In this document: piece by piece, positions 19,263 through 29,020 of the stretch
How positions within the stretch are numbered: position 1 is the first letter of the stretch
Layout: each line of letters starts with the position of its first letter
NCBI GenBank assembly: GCA_963707955.1
Contig: OY970176.1
Span: forward strand, 960,001 to 1,024,000
Reading direction: 5' to 3'
Origin: Candidatus Bathyarchaeota archaeon
GTDB lineage: Archaea > Thermoproteota > Bathyarchaeia > Bathyarchaeales > Bathycorpusculaceae
DNA length: 64,000 bases
The notes under the pieces: generated by a model
The model's database searches: none
What the model was told of the DNA's origin: nothing
The model's input: the letters and a program-made list of their open reading frames with translations, nothing else
Program-made: the position numbers and the translations under genes

Positions 19263-22019
19263 TCACTTTGCCAGTCTTCTGGCAACCCATTTCCTGATTT
19301 CTTCCGCGAGGATCACGATGCATGCGAGAAGCGCAAGAAACGCCCAGTCGAGTAGGCCTAGACCAGTGGTGCCGAAGAGACTCTGCAGCAGTGGGATGTA
19401 GACTATGGCGGATATTATGGTTATCTGAGAGGCTATGCCGAGCCAGATCCACTTGTTACTCTTGAGACTGGTTTTGAGAATTGACACTTTGCTCGTTCTG
19501 CACGCTAGAACGTTGCCCACTTGAGCGATGACGATGCCGGCAAACGTCATGGTCGTACCTTTAGCGTACGCGCCACTTGTATAGAACGAGCTGCTAGGAG
19601 ATAACTGCATTCCAAGGTGCCATCCGCCTGCTTGCCATGCCATGAAGCAGCCGATCATTGCTCCGGCGGAGATTATTACGCCGATGTACAGTGATCGGAG
19701 GAACACTTTTGTGTTGAACAGTCGTTCTTTGACGCCTCGAGGTTGCTCCTGCATTATTCCTATCTCCGGCGGCTCTCGGCTTAAAGCCAGTGAGGGGATT
19801 ACGTCTATGCCCAAATCTATGGCCAAGATTTGAACAACAAGAAGAGGCAGAGGTATGTTTAACAGTGCGTAAAGCACGTAGGGAATCAGTTCTGCCCAGT
19901 TGTGCGCGAAGACGTAGACTATGAATTTTCTTAGGTTTTCGTAGATCGTGCGGCCGGATTCTATTGCTTTTACTATCGAGGCGAAGCTGTCGTCAAGTAG
20001 CACCATGTCAGCCGCCTCTCTTGCCACGTCCGTCCCTGATAGACCCATCGCGACTCCTATGTCTGCCTCTTTCAGGGAAGGAGCATCGTTTGCTCCGTCT
20101 CCGGTGACGGCTACGATTTCGCCGTGCTGTTTGAGAGCTTTGACTATGCGAAGTTTCTGTTCTGGTGACACCCGGCTGAAGATAATGTTTGCCTTCTTGG
20201 CTTCATCGTAGATCTGCTGGTTGCTGAGGGCGTCCACGTCGACGCCTCGAATGATGTGGCTGTTCTCCGGTTCTACTATGCCTACTTCTTCGGCTATGGC
20301 TTGTGCTGTCGGACCATAGTCTCCTGTTATGATCGTGACCTTTATGCCTGCTTGCCTAGACAGTTTCACTGCTTCAGGAACTTCTGGGCGAGGTGGGTCT
20401 TTCATCGCTGCCAGTCCAACGAGGATCATGTCCCTCTCGACATCATCAACCTCAGAAAGCTGGTCTTTCGGCAGTTCCGAGTAGGCAGCGGCTAGGATGC
20501 GAAGGCCCTCGCTTGCGAATTCATGGATTTTTTCTTCAACGAATGACAAGTGTTCCTTGGTCAGTGTCTCTATTGTGTCGCCGACTAGTATTCTGTTGCA
20601 TATGGAGAGTATGCTTCGGGCGCCACCCTTCGTGTAGACTGAGACCTCGTGGTCATGGTTGTGGATCGTTGTCATCCTTTTGCGTTTGGAGTCAAAAGGG
20701 ATTACGCGGACAGTGGGTTTTTCAACGAGCATGCTCTTGACGCTCAGCCCATACTTTAGGGCAGTAACAAGCAAGGCGCCGTCCGTTGGATCCCCTACGA
20801 TACTCCATGACCTGTTCTTGTCCGACGGCGGTTCAACTTTAGCGCTGTTGCACAGCGCCGAGATCTCAAGAAGTTTCTCAATCCCGTAGGAGTCTTCCTT
20901 CGTTAATGGTGGGTTCTCAGAAGTGAAATCGCCCGTCGGGTCGTATCCGACGCCTGAAACTTCGATTACCTTGCCGTTAACCCAGATCTTCGTGACGGTC
21001 ATCTCGCCTCTTGTGATTGTCCCTGTTTTGTCTGTGCATATCATCGTCACGCTGCCTAGGGTCTGGACGGCAGAGAGCCGTTTGACCAGCACGTTCTCCT
21101 TCACCATTTTCAGCACGTTTATGGCTAGGGCACTTGATACTGTTACCTGCAAGCCTTCGGGGACCAGTGCCACCATTACGCCTATCATGAACAGTATGCT
21201 GGCGAGCCAGCCTGTGTGAAGTAAGATTTTGCTGACTAGGAAGAAGATGGCCCCTACTGTTATAGCTGAGATGAAGTCGTACTTGGCCGTGTAGGCTATT
21301 TCTTTCTGCAGAGGACTCTGCTCTTCGCTTATTTCCTGAGTTAAGCCTGCGATCTGTCCGAACTTTGTGCTCATGCCCGTCTTGACGACGACAGCTTTTG
21401 CGCGGCCCGTGGCGACGCTCGTGCTCATGAAGACAAAGTTTGGCACGTCCAAGTACGTGGCGTCAACAGTCTCCACTGGTTTGTCTGTTCTTGGCTGAGG
21501 CTCAGACTCGCCGGTCAAAGGGACGTTGTTTGTCCACAGCTCGTAGGCCTCGATCAGCCTAGCATCCGCCGGTACACGGTCGCCTTCTTCTAGGATTATG
21601 AGGTCTCCTGGAACAAGGTCCCTTACCACTATTTTCTTGAGCTCTCCGTCGCGGACGACCTTGGCGTACTCGGGCATCCACCTCTTCAGCGCTTCCATGG
21701 CCTTTTCTGCTCGCCACTCTTGGAAGAGACTGAAGACCATGTTGACAAGAACGACTGCCAGTATGATGATGCTCAGTTGCCACAAGCCTCCGAAGGTTGC
21801 CAGCAAGCTTGCGAAGAGCAGCAGCACGGAGAACAGGTCTTTGAGGAGCGTGAGAAACTTGTAAGCCATGGACACGTGTTTTTTCTCGATAAGCGTGTTG
21901 GTTCCATACTTGGCGAGGCGTTTGTCGGCCTCGTCAGTGGTTAACCCCGTGGGTGAGGTTTCCATCAAATCGAAAACTTCTTTGACCGGCAGAGCCGCAG
22001 CGTCCTCCAACAAAAACAC
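19263..22019 (-). CDS. type II cation-transporting P-type ATPase
   Basis: TGES, PEGL, DKTGT, TGDGAND. Confidence 0.95.
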   Translation of the reverse strand: MFLLEDAAALPVKEVFDLMETSPTGLTTDEADKRLAKYGTNTLIEKKHVSMAYKFLTLLKDLFSVLLLFASLLATFGGLWQLSIIILAVVLVNMVFSLFQEWRAEKAMEALKRWMPEYAKVVRDGELKKIVVRDLVPGDLIILEEGDRVPADARLIEAYELWTNNVPLTGESEPQPRTDKPVETVDATYLDVPNFVFMSTSVATGRAKAVVVKTGMSTKFGQIAGLTQEISEEQSPLQKEIAYTAKYDFISAITVGAIFFLVSKILLHTGWLASILFMIGVMVALVPEGLQVTVSSALAINVLKMVKENVLVKRLSAVQTLGSVTMICTDKTGTITRGEMTVTKIWVNGKVIEVSGVGYDPTGDFTSENPPLTKEDSYGIEKLLEISALCNSAKVEPPSDKNRSWSIVGDPTDGALLVTALKYGLSVKSMLVEKPTVRVIPFDSKRKRMTTIHNHDHEVSVYTKGGARSILSICNRILVGDTIETLTKEHLSFVEEKIHEFASEGLRILAAAYSELPKDQLSEVDDVERDMILVGLAAMKDPPRPEVPEAVKLSRQAGIKVTIITGDYGPTAQAIAEEVGIVEPENSHIIRGVDVDALSNQQIYDEAKKANIIFSRVSPEQKLRIVKALKQHGEIVAVTGDGANDAPSLKEADIGVAMGLSGTDVAREAADMVLLDDSFASIVKAIESGRTIYENLRKFIVYVFAHNWAELIPYVLYALLNIPLPLLVVQILAIDLGIDVIPSLALSREPPEIGIMQEQPRGVKERLFNTKVFLRSLYIGVIISAGAMIGCFMAWQAGGWHLGMQLSPSSSFYTSGAYAKGTTMTFAGIVIAQVGNVLACRTSKVSILKTSLKSNKWIWLGIASQITIISAIVYIPLLQSLFGTTGLGLLDWAFLALLACIVILAEEIRKWVARRLAK

Positions 22020-22329
22020 ACCTGCCCAAAATTCTCAGAACAACAGGGAAACTAGAATCCCTTTAAGGAACTCTTCTCATTCGTGCTGTCTGCTGGGAAA
22101 ATGCCAGTGCTGGAAGCATTTGTCGGTCTCACCGTTTTCTTTGACATAAGCAACTTTGACCGTCCGTTTAAAACATGAGGTTTCCATAACCGTTAGATTT
22201 CTGGCTGGTCCTCATTGTTTTGCTGTTCACATTGACAAAAGGGTCGAATTTAAGCTGATCGGAATGGTTTGCGCGCTTTTCGGCTAATCAGGTCCGTTCT
22301 ACGGTTTCTGTTTCCTATTTTGCCCGGCT

Positions 22330-22513
22330 ATACGCTACATCCCTGTATTCGCGTTTTGACCCCGTCTATTCCACCCTTCCCCTCCCCCCTAGGGTACTAG
22401 TACTGCGCGTAGGCGTTGGACAAGGCCCTCGTGGCTAAGCGCGGGCTCGAGGCCGAGCGCGTGTCGAGCCCTCGGCAGAGGTCTGGGCAAGGGTGGTGAC
22501 TTTTCAATGCGCT
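22330..22513 (-). repeat. ~184-bp dispersed structured element, copy B (inverted relative to copy A)
   Basis: Reverse complement aligns with 9788-9971; the G-tract end is nearly identical. Confidence 0.9.
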
Positions 22514-22744
22514 TCGCGGTCAGCTCGTCTTCTGATTTCATTTGCTTTGACCGTCAACTTTCTAGGCGTGCCGTGAACCTTGCGTCCGTCTCTTTCCTAT
22601 ATTGTTTAAGCGAGATCTGTGATCTCTTTGGTTCTTGGCGGTTTGGTTTTCGTGTTGCGGAGTTTTTTTTCTGAGCGAGTTGGCGTCTATTAAGACTGCT
22701 GTGCAAGTCTTAAATCGTTAGGCAAGGAATAAATTCCTAGGGGT

Positions 22745-23197
22745 TTGATGAGCGAGAGATATGCTTTCGTCATGATGGTCAGGGAGAGATGGTGGGTTGA
22801 GTTTCGCAGGTGTAGCCAAGAAGGAAAGAAGGTTCATTCCTTTGTCATCAGGGGCGCGGCACCGCCTAAGAGCACCTTGCTTATTCTTTTTTACGTGACC
22901 AAGCCTGTTAGGGCGATCGCTGGCTACGCTCACTTCATCGAGCGCATGGTGGGAAACCCGCAAGAGTTATGGAGCAGGTTCAGCGGTGAATCGGTTCTCG
23001 GTTCCAAGGCTCGATATGAGGAATTCGTTGGCAACGCGTCAGAAGTGTCTTTTGTCAGGTTCAAGGATTTGAATGCGGCCGTGAACCCGATATCTCTCAG
23101 CCGCCTTCTCATGCTCTTAGGTGTCAAGAGGCTTTCAAGAAAAGGTTTCTACGTGAACAATGAATTGTCTGATACGCTGATCTCAATGATGAAATAG
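22745..23197 (+). CDS. EVE/ASCH (PUA-like) domain protein
   Basis: ILFYVTKPVRAIAG...P.ELW....ES.L....YEEF pattern. Confidence 0.6.
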   Translation: MMSERYAFVMMVRERWWVEFRRCSQEGKKVHSFVIRGAAPPKSTLLILFYVTKPVRAIAGYAHFIERMVGNPQELWSRFSGESVLGSKARYEEFVGNASEVSFVRFKDLNAAVNPISLSRLLMLLGVKRLSRKGFYVNNELSDTLISMMK

Positions 23198-23274
23198 ACA
23201 GAAAGGATTCCCTGTCCGTTCACTGATGTTCCAGTAATCATCGGCAAAAAGTTAATAGGTCGCCGTTTTTACAT

Positions 23275-23371
23275 GCATGTAGCTCATCTTTAGGCGTGAA
23301 AACCTGGTATGTTTGTTGAACTCCTTAGGAGCTGCATGTGCGTTAGGCATTCTTCTTTTAGGGTAAAGAGG
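23275..23371 (+). promoter_or_regulatory. structured 5' leader of the EF-2 gene
   Basis: TATA-like GTTAATA at 23251; 11-bp stem 23275-23285/23329-23339; second hairpin over the SD-like GAGGG. Confidence 0.45.
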
Positions 23372-23378
23372 GTTTACG

Positions 23379-25595
23379 ATGGTAAAGTATAGGCAGGTTG
23401 AAGAGATTCAGAAGTTGATGAATTATCCAGACATGATCAGGAACACAAGCATCATCGCCCACGTGGATCATGGCAAAACCACCCTTTCAGACAGTCTTCT
23501 GGCCGAGGCAGGCATAATAAGCGAGCAGAGGGCAGGTCAACAGCTTGCCCTCGACTCGTGGGAGCTTGAGCAGAAGAGACAGATGACCGTGTTTGCTTCC
23601 AACATCAGCCTAGCTCACACGTTCGAGGGAAAAGAGTACCTGATCAACCTGATCGACACGCCTGGACACATCGACTTCAGCGGTGCGGTGACGAGAAGTC
23701 TGCGAGCCGTTGACGGAGCGCTGGTCGTCGTGGACGCTGTTGAAGGGCCAATGACCCAGACCGAAACGGTTCTGATGCAAGCCCTGCGTGAAAGGGTCAA
23801 GCCGATTCTCTTCATAAACAAGGTCGACAGGCTCATTAAGGAGATAAAGCTGACGCCGGAAGAGATACAGCGGAAGTTCGCCAAGATAATTACCAGAGTG
23901 AATACTCTTATCGAAAAGTACGCGCCGGTCGAACACAAAAAGGACTGGCAAGTCAAGGCTGAGAACGGGTCAGTAGCCTTCGGCTCAGCCCTTCACAAGT
24001 GGGGATTAAACCTGCCCCACATGAAGGCGAAAGGCGTAACCTTCAAGGACATCGTTGACGCTTACCTCGGAGAAAAGGATGAGATTGACAGGAAAGTCGA
24101 CGCGTTAAGCAAGAGGGCGGCGCTTGCCGAGCCTATACTGGACATGTTCATCGAACACCTGCCCAATCCATTAGAGGCACAACCGTACAGACAGGGCCAA
24201 ATCTGGCCAGGAGACCCGAACAGCCCAGTGGGCAAGGGCATGGCCAAGGTGGACCCAAACGGGCCCCTCTTGATGTGCATCTCAACGATTGAAGTTGACC
24301 CCAACCGCGGAGTCGTTGCCATCGGACGCGTTTTCAGCGGCACGGTTGAGAAGGGCAAAGTCGTTCAACTCATCACGGCCAGGGCGAAAGGCCCGATTCA
24401 ACAGGTCTTCATGAGCATGGCCGCCGACAGGGTGATAATAGACAGGGTTCCAGCCGGAAACATAGCGGCGCTTTCCGGGCTACCGTCCATGCACGTCGGC
24501 GAAACCGTTGCCGAAGACGGTGTGGAAACACAGGCGTTCGAAGGGTTGAAGTACGTTTCAGACCCAGTGGTCACCGTCGCCGTGGAGCCTGTCGACGTCA
24601 CGGAACTACCGCTCTTCGACAAGGTTATGCGCAAGCTGACAACCGAGGACCCGAACTTGCACTTCCTCATAAACAAGGAGAGCGGAGAGTACCTCCTCAG
24701 CGGCATGGGCGAACTGCACTTGGAAATCACGGCTTATCGAATGCAGGAAGCAAACCTCAAGGTGAAAACCAGCAAACCAATAGTGATTTACCGCGAAACG
24801 ATCAGCCACGACTACAAAGGACCGGCAGTGATGGGAAAAAGTCCCAACAAACACAACAAACTGTGGGTCACACTGCAAAAGCTGCCGGAAGACGTGATCG
24901 AAGCGATAAAGGCTGGAAAGATATCCGAGATGCAGACCAAAGACGAAAGAGTAAAAATCCTTAAGGGGTTCGGCTGGGAAACAGACGACGCCAAGGGCGT
25001 CGTGGCAATCGAGGGCAACAACATTCTCGTCAACAGGATAAGGGGAAGACAATACGTAGAAGAAGTGATGGACCACATCAAATCAGGCTTCCGCGAGGCA
25101 ACGTTCACCTCCGTGCTAGCAAAAGAACCCGCGTATGGGCTGAAGGTCAACCTGGAAGACATCACGGTTCACGAGGACCCCGTTCACAGAGGACCAGCAC
25201 AGATACTGCCCATGACTTGGCGGCCAATCTGGTGCTCCTTCCTGCTGAGCGACCCGAAGCTACTCGAACCGCTCATAAGTTTCGAATGCAAGGTTCCAAA
25301 CCAGTTCGTGAGCAGCATCATCGCAACGGTTCAGAAACGCCGAGGCAAAATCCTGGACATGACAAACGAGGAAGACATGATCATCGTCAAAGCAGAGATG
25401 CCCGTGTCCGAATCCTTCGGTTTGGCCGAAGAGCTACGTTCATCAACGGAGGGCAGAGCCTTCTGGGCCACACAGTTCAGCCGATGGGCCCAAGTTCCAG
25501 AGCAGATGCAGCCTGAAATAGTAAAGCAGATCCGCGAGCGCAGAGGTTTATCACCGACTCCGCCGAGAGCAGAAGAGTTCTTCGAGGAAGCATAA
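23379..25595 (+). CDS. fusA: elongation factor EF-2 family GTPase (possibly a paralog)
   Basis: AHVDHGKTT, DTPGH, NKVD, HEDPVHRG; G2 reads RQMTV. Confidence 0.9.
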   Translation: MVKYRQVEEIQKLMNYPDMIRNTSIIAHVDHGKTTLSDSLLAEAGIISEQRAGQQLALDSWELEQKRQMTVFASNISLAHTFEGKEYLINLIDTPGHIDFSGAVTRSLRAVDGALVVVDAVEGPMTQTETVLMQALRERVKPILFINKVDRLIKEIKLTPEEIQRKFAKIITRVNTLIEKYAPVEHKKDWQVKAENGSVAFGSALHKWGLNLPHMKAKGVTFKDIVDAYLGEKDEIDRKVDALSKRAALAEPILDMFIEHLPNPLEAQPYRQGQIWPGDPNSPVGKGMAKVDPNGPLLMCISTIEVDPNRGVVAIGRVFSGTVEKGKVVQLITARAKGPIQQVFMSMAADRVIIDRVPAGNIAALSGLPSMHVGETVAEDGVETQAFEGLKYVSDPVVTVAVEPVDVTELPLFDKVMRKLTTEDPNLHFLINKESGEYLLSGMGELHLEITAYRMQEANLKVKTSKPIVIYRETISHDYKGPAVMGKSPNKHNKLWVTLQKLPEDVIEAIKAGKISEMQTKDERVKILKGFGWETDDAKGVVAIEGNNILVNRIRGRQYVEEVMDHIKSGFREATFTSVLAKEPAYGLKVNLEDITVHEDPVHRGPAQILPMTWRPIWCSFLLSDPKLLEPLISFECKVPNQFVSSIIATVQKRRGKILDMTNEEDMIIVKAEMPVSESFGLAEELRSSTEGRAFWATQFSRWAQVPEQMQPEIVKQIRERRGLSPTPPRAEEFFEEA

Positions 25596-25698
25596 AAAAA
25601 GACAAACAGTCTTTCTCCACTTTAAATTTGTATCCCTGTCCCCACTCGCTTCAGCAAACTTTATTGATTTTAACGAGCATAGTTCCTGACGAATTACT

Positions 25699-26295
25699 AT
25701 GATAGTTGGCATCTGTGGCAGTCCGAGACGACAGGCAACGGAGCACGTGTTAAGAGAAGCCTTGAACATACTTGAAAAGAAGGGTTTCCAGACAGAATTC
25801 TTCACGGTCAGAGGCAAGAACATCGGGTTTTGTCAGCACTGCGACTATTGCATGAGAAGCAAAGAGTGCAAGCTGAAGGATGACATGTACACGCTTTATC
25901 CCTCACTCAGAAATGCTGAGGGACTGGTGATTGCGACGCCCGTTTACAACGGCGGAATAAGCGCACAGACAAAGGCGGTCATGGACAGATGCAGAGCTCT
26001 GTTTGCAGCTGACAAGAACGCTTTCAGGCGCAAAATCGGGATGGCCATCGCCGTCGGAGGAGACAGGGCTGGAGGGCAGGAGCTGGCGATCCAGCAGATC
26101 ATAACGTTCTACGTTTTGAACGGGGTCATTCCCGTCAGCGGAGGCGCCTTCGGAGCGAACCTCGGTGCGACTTTCTGGTCAAAGGACACGTTGAGAGACG
26201 TAAAACAGGATGAGGAAGGCTTCAGAAGCCTGAGAAAGACGGTGACAAAGTTCGCGGAGTTTCTGAGAGAATCTGAGGAGAGAAAACGAGCTTAG
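25699..26295 (+). CDS. iron-sulfur flavoprotein (flavodoxin-like)
   Basis: GSPR, CxxCxxCx5C, ATPVY, GGQE. Confidence 0.9.
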   Translation: MIVGICGSPRRQATEHVLREALNILEKKGFQTEFFTVRGKNIGFCQHCDYCMRSKECKLKDDMYTLYPSLRNAEGLVIATPVYNGGISAQTKAVMDRCRALFAADKNAFRRKIGMAIAVGGDRAGGQELAIQQIITFYVLNGVIPVSGGAFGANLGATFWSKDTLRDVKQDEEGFRSLRKTVTKFAEFLRESEERKRA

Positions 26296-26318
26296 AGCGT
26301 GGAACCACGAGCGGAGAT

Positions 26319-26897
26319 CTGGCTAAAGCAGAAAAGAAGAGGAAAGTAGCTTGGGGGATTACAGGCAGTGGGGACAGACTGGGAGAAACACTCAACGTCA
26401 TGAAAGAGATAAAAGAGCATTACAAAAACGAGGTTGAAATAAGAGTTTATCTTTCAAAGGCCGGGGAACAAGTCGTTAGATGGTACAAACTGTACGATCA
26501 GCTGAAACAGAACTTTGAAAAGGTTTGGGTTGAGTTCAATTCTAACTCGCCCTTTCTTGCCGGCGACTTGGAACTGAGGAAGTACGAGTTCTTGTTGATT
26601 GCGCCTTCAACATCTAACACTGTGGCGAAAATTGCAGCCGGAATATCTGACACGATGCTTTGCAACTCGGCAATCATGGCCTTGAAAGCCTCCGTTTCCG
26701 TGTACATTATGCCAAGCGATTACAAGGAAGGGACAGTGGTCACGAGGCTTCCGAATGGAAAAGATTTCACGTTAAGGGTGAGAAGGGAAGACGCAGAAAA
26801 CACAAGAAAGTTGGCCAGTATGGACTGCGTGTTCGTGCTTGAAAAGCCTGAGGATGTTAATCAGGTTTTCATGAAGCACTTCGGTCCAAGAGAGTAA
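26319..26897 (+). CDS. afpA: archaeoflavoprotein (HFCD family); inferred CTG start
   Basis: In-frame upstream extension gives KVAWGITGSGD; APSTSNTVAKIAAGISDT. Confidence 0.75.
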   Translation: MAKAEKKRKVAWGITGSGDRLGETLNVMKEIKEHYKNEVEIRVYLSKAGEQVVRWYKLYDQLKQNFEKVWVEFNSNSPFLAGDLELRKYEFLLIAPSTSNTVAKIAAGISDTMLCNSAIMALKASVSVYIMPSDYKEGTVVTRLPNGKDFTLRVRREDAENTRKLASMDCVFVLEKPEDVNQVFMKHFGPRE

Positions 26898-26921
26898 CTG
26901 AGAAGTCTTGGTGTATGAACA

Positions 26922-27191
26922 ATGGTCAACTTTGCAGTGCTCGTGCTCCCATTGATTGCCGGATTATTCTTCGGTTACCTGCTTCGCGAAAGAAAGAAAG
27001 TTAATCTTGCCAAAGTCACGCTGGGCACGATTTTGATCTTGATCTTCTCACTTGGGTTCACCATAGGATCAAACAACGAACTGCTGGGTTCAATGTCCAG
27101 CGTCGGGCTCAGCGCACTTCTAATGGCGTTGCTTGCCATTGGGTTCAGCGTGCTTTTTGTAGCCTTGATAAGGAGACGGGTGAGAATATGA
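26922..27191 (+). CDS. LysO/DUF340 exporter, N-terminal half
   Basis: Three TMs, LILIFSLG..IG; coupled to the next gene. Confidence 0.7.
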   Translation: MVNFAVLVLPLIAGLFFGYLLRERKKVNLAKVTLGTILILIFSLGFTIGSNNELLGSMSSVGLSALLMALLAIGFSVLFVALIRRRVRI

Positions 27192-27796
27192 TTAAATTCA
27201 TTCTAGGGGCCCTTACTATCGGAGTGGTTGCGGGCTACGTAAACAACAATTTAAAGACCTTCGTTGCGAGCAACTGGGTTACCGATTACTTGTTCTACGC
27301 TTCTCTTTTTGTGTTGCTGTTCGTGATGGGACTGTCGTTTGGAATTGATAGGGAGGCTGTTGCAAACCTGAGGAGCAAGGGCCTCAGGATCCTTGTTGTT
27401 CCCGTTGTTGTTGCTTTGGGAAGCATCTTGGGTGGGTTAATCGGCGGATTGATTCTCAGACTAGACATATATGCATCTATGGCTGTAACTGCCGGCTACG
27501 GTTGGTACACGTTAACGGGCCCTTTAATGAAATCGATTCTGGGAACCCAATGGGCCGCTATGGGGTTTGCAGTCAACTTCCTAAGAGAACTGCTGACGAT
27601 AATCACGGTCTCATTGATGGTAAAGGTTGACAAGTATGCGCCGATCGCCTCTGGCGGAGCAACAACGATGGACACAACATTACCTGTGATCATGCGCTAC
27701 TGCGGGTCTGACGTGTTGGTAACGGCCTTTTCAAGCGGTTTCGCACTAAGCATGATTGCACCGTTCACAGTTGTGGCAATGGCCTCGTTGAAGTAG
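27188..27796 (+). CDS. LysO/DUF340 lysine exporter family protein
   Basis: GYGWYTL, NFLREL, GGATTMDTTLP. Confidence 0.9.
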   Translation: MIKFILGALTIGVVAGYVNNNLKTFVASNWVTDYLFYASLFVLLFVMGLSFGIDREAVANLRSKGLRILVVPVVVALGSILGGLIGGLILRLDIYASMAVTAGYGWYTLTGPLMKSILGTQWAAMGFAVNFLRELLTIITVSLMVKVDKYAPIASGGATTMDTTLPVIMRYCGSDVLVTAFSSGFALSMIAPFTVVAMASLK

Positions 27797-27859
27797 CAGA
27801 GCACCAAACAGTTTTAAGTACACGTTATCATTTTCGGAATATCCAAGGCGCGTGGCAGT

Positions 27860-29008
27860 GTGAGCTTCGATTTCAAGCGAAGACTAGTCAGCCTTCAAGA
27901 AAGGATGGAAGAGCTCGACTTAGACCTAGTCGTGTACGGGTCATGCCAGAATTTTCAATATTTGACAGGACTCTTGTTCGACTGGCGTCATGGAACAGAC
28001 CTTGCAAGCCAAGCAAACAACGTCTTTGTTCCCAGAAAGGGGCGGCCGATTCTCACGCTCGGCGAGGAATGGTCAAAACAAGCTGCTCAGACCTGGGTAA
28101 AAGAAGTCAGGACGCTAGAAGAGAAAGACAGTTTTGAGAAACTGATTCGAAAAGTCATATCGGACTTGGGATTGAACGTGAAGAAAGTTGGAATTGGAGA
28201 CCATGTCTGGGGATCAACCGTCATAGAAATCGCAAAAGCGGTGAAAAGCAGGGTTTTCTGCAAAGCTGAACATCTCATGGACCATGTTAGAATGATCAAG
28301 GATTCTGGAGAAGTTTGTAAGCTGAGGAAAGTCGCAGAGTTGACCGACAAAGCGGTCGAGGCAGCCACGCAGAAGATTAAGAATGGTGTGACTCAGCGAC
28401 AGATGCAGATCGAGGTTGAGTTTGCAGGCAGACGTTTGGGGGCGTCGGACGTTTCCTTCCCAGCTACGGTTGGCTTCGTCAAGTCTGGGTCTAAGATCTC
28501 GCTAAACCCGTTTACCTACCCAAAAGAGAAAGGTTTGGTGCCTAGTACTTCGATAGCTTTTGACGTAGGGTTTGCGCTTGACGGGTACTGCTCCGACTTT
28601 GGAAGAAGCTTCTACTTTGGACCTGCTGGCAGCGAGGTGAAGAAGGGATACCAAGCTTTGCAACAGTCAGTTGTCGAAACGGTGGAAAAAATGAGGGAAG
28701 GAAGCATGCGTGTCTGCGACGTCTTCCCAGCAATAGAAAAGACGCTGGACAGATTGGGCTACGGCGATTACTTACGCGCTCGTTTACAAACGAAATCAGT
28801 CGGACACAACATTGGTGTTGAAGTGCATGAGCCCCCATGGCTGAGTCCCGACTATGGCGAAAGACTGCAATCGAACATGGTAATGGCTTTGGAGCCTAAG
28901 GTCTGGCACAAAGGCGAATACTACCTTCGAGTGGAAGATATGGTACTAGTGGGGCCACGAAAGACCGAGTTCTTGACAAAGTTCGACAGAAAACTCTTCC
29001 AGTTATAG
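27860..29008 (+). CDS. M24 family Xaa-Pro peptidase
   Basis: GYCSDFGR, GHNIGVEVHE, EP, RVED. Confidence 0.92.
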   Translation: MSFDFKRRLVSLQERMEELDLDLVVYGSCQNFQYLTGLLFDWRHGTDLASQANNVFVPRKGRPILTLGEEWSKQAAQTWVKEVRTLEEKDSFEKLIRKVISDLGLNVKKVGIGDHVWGSTVIEIAKAVKSRVFCKAEHLMDHVRMIKDSGEVCKLRKVAELTDKAVEAATQKIKNGVTQRQMQIEVEFAGRRLGASDVSFPATVGFVKSGSKISLNPFTYPKEKGLVPSTSIAFDVGFALDGYCSDFGRSFYFGPAGSEVKKGYQALQQSVVETVEKMREGSMRVCDVFPAIEKTLDRLGYGDYLRARLQTKSVGHNIGVEVHEPPWLSPDYGERLQSNMVMALEPKVWHKGEYYLRVEDMVLVGPRKTEFLTKFDRKLFQL

Positions 29009-29020
29009 CGCGCGCTAGGT

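Noticed and set aside
26922-27796. Split LysO as a frameshift or novelty
   Set aside because: Clean ATGA start-stop coupling; two-gene DUF340 arrangements are a familiar pattern.
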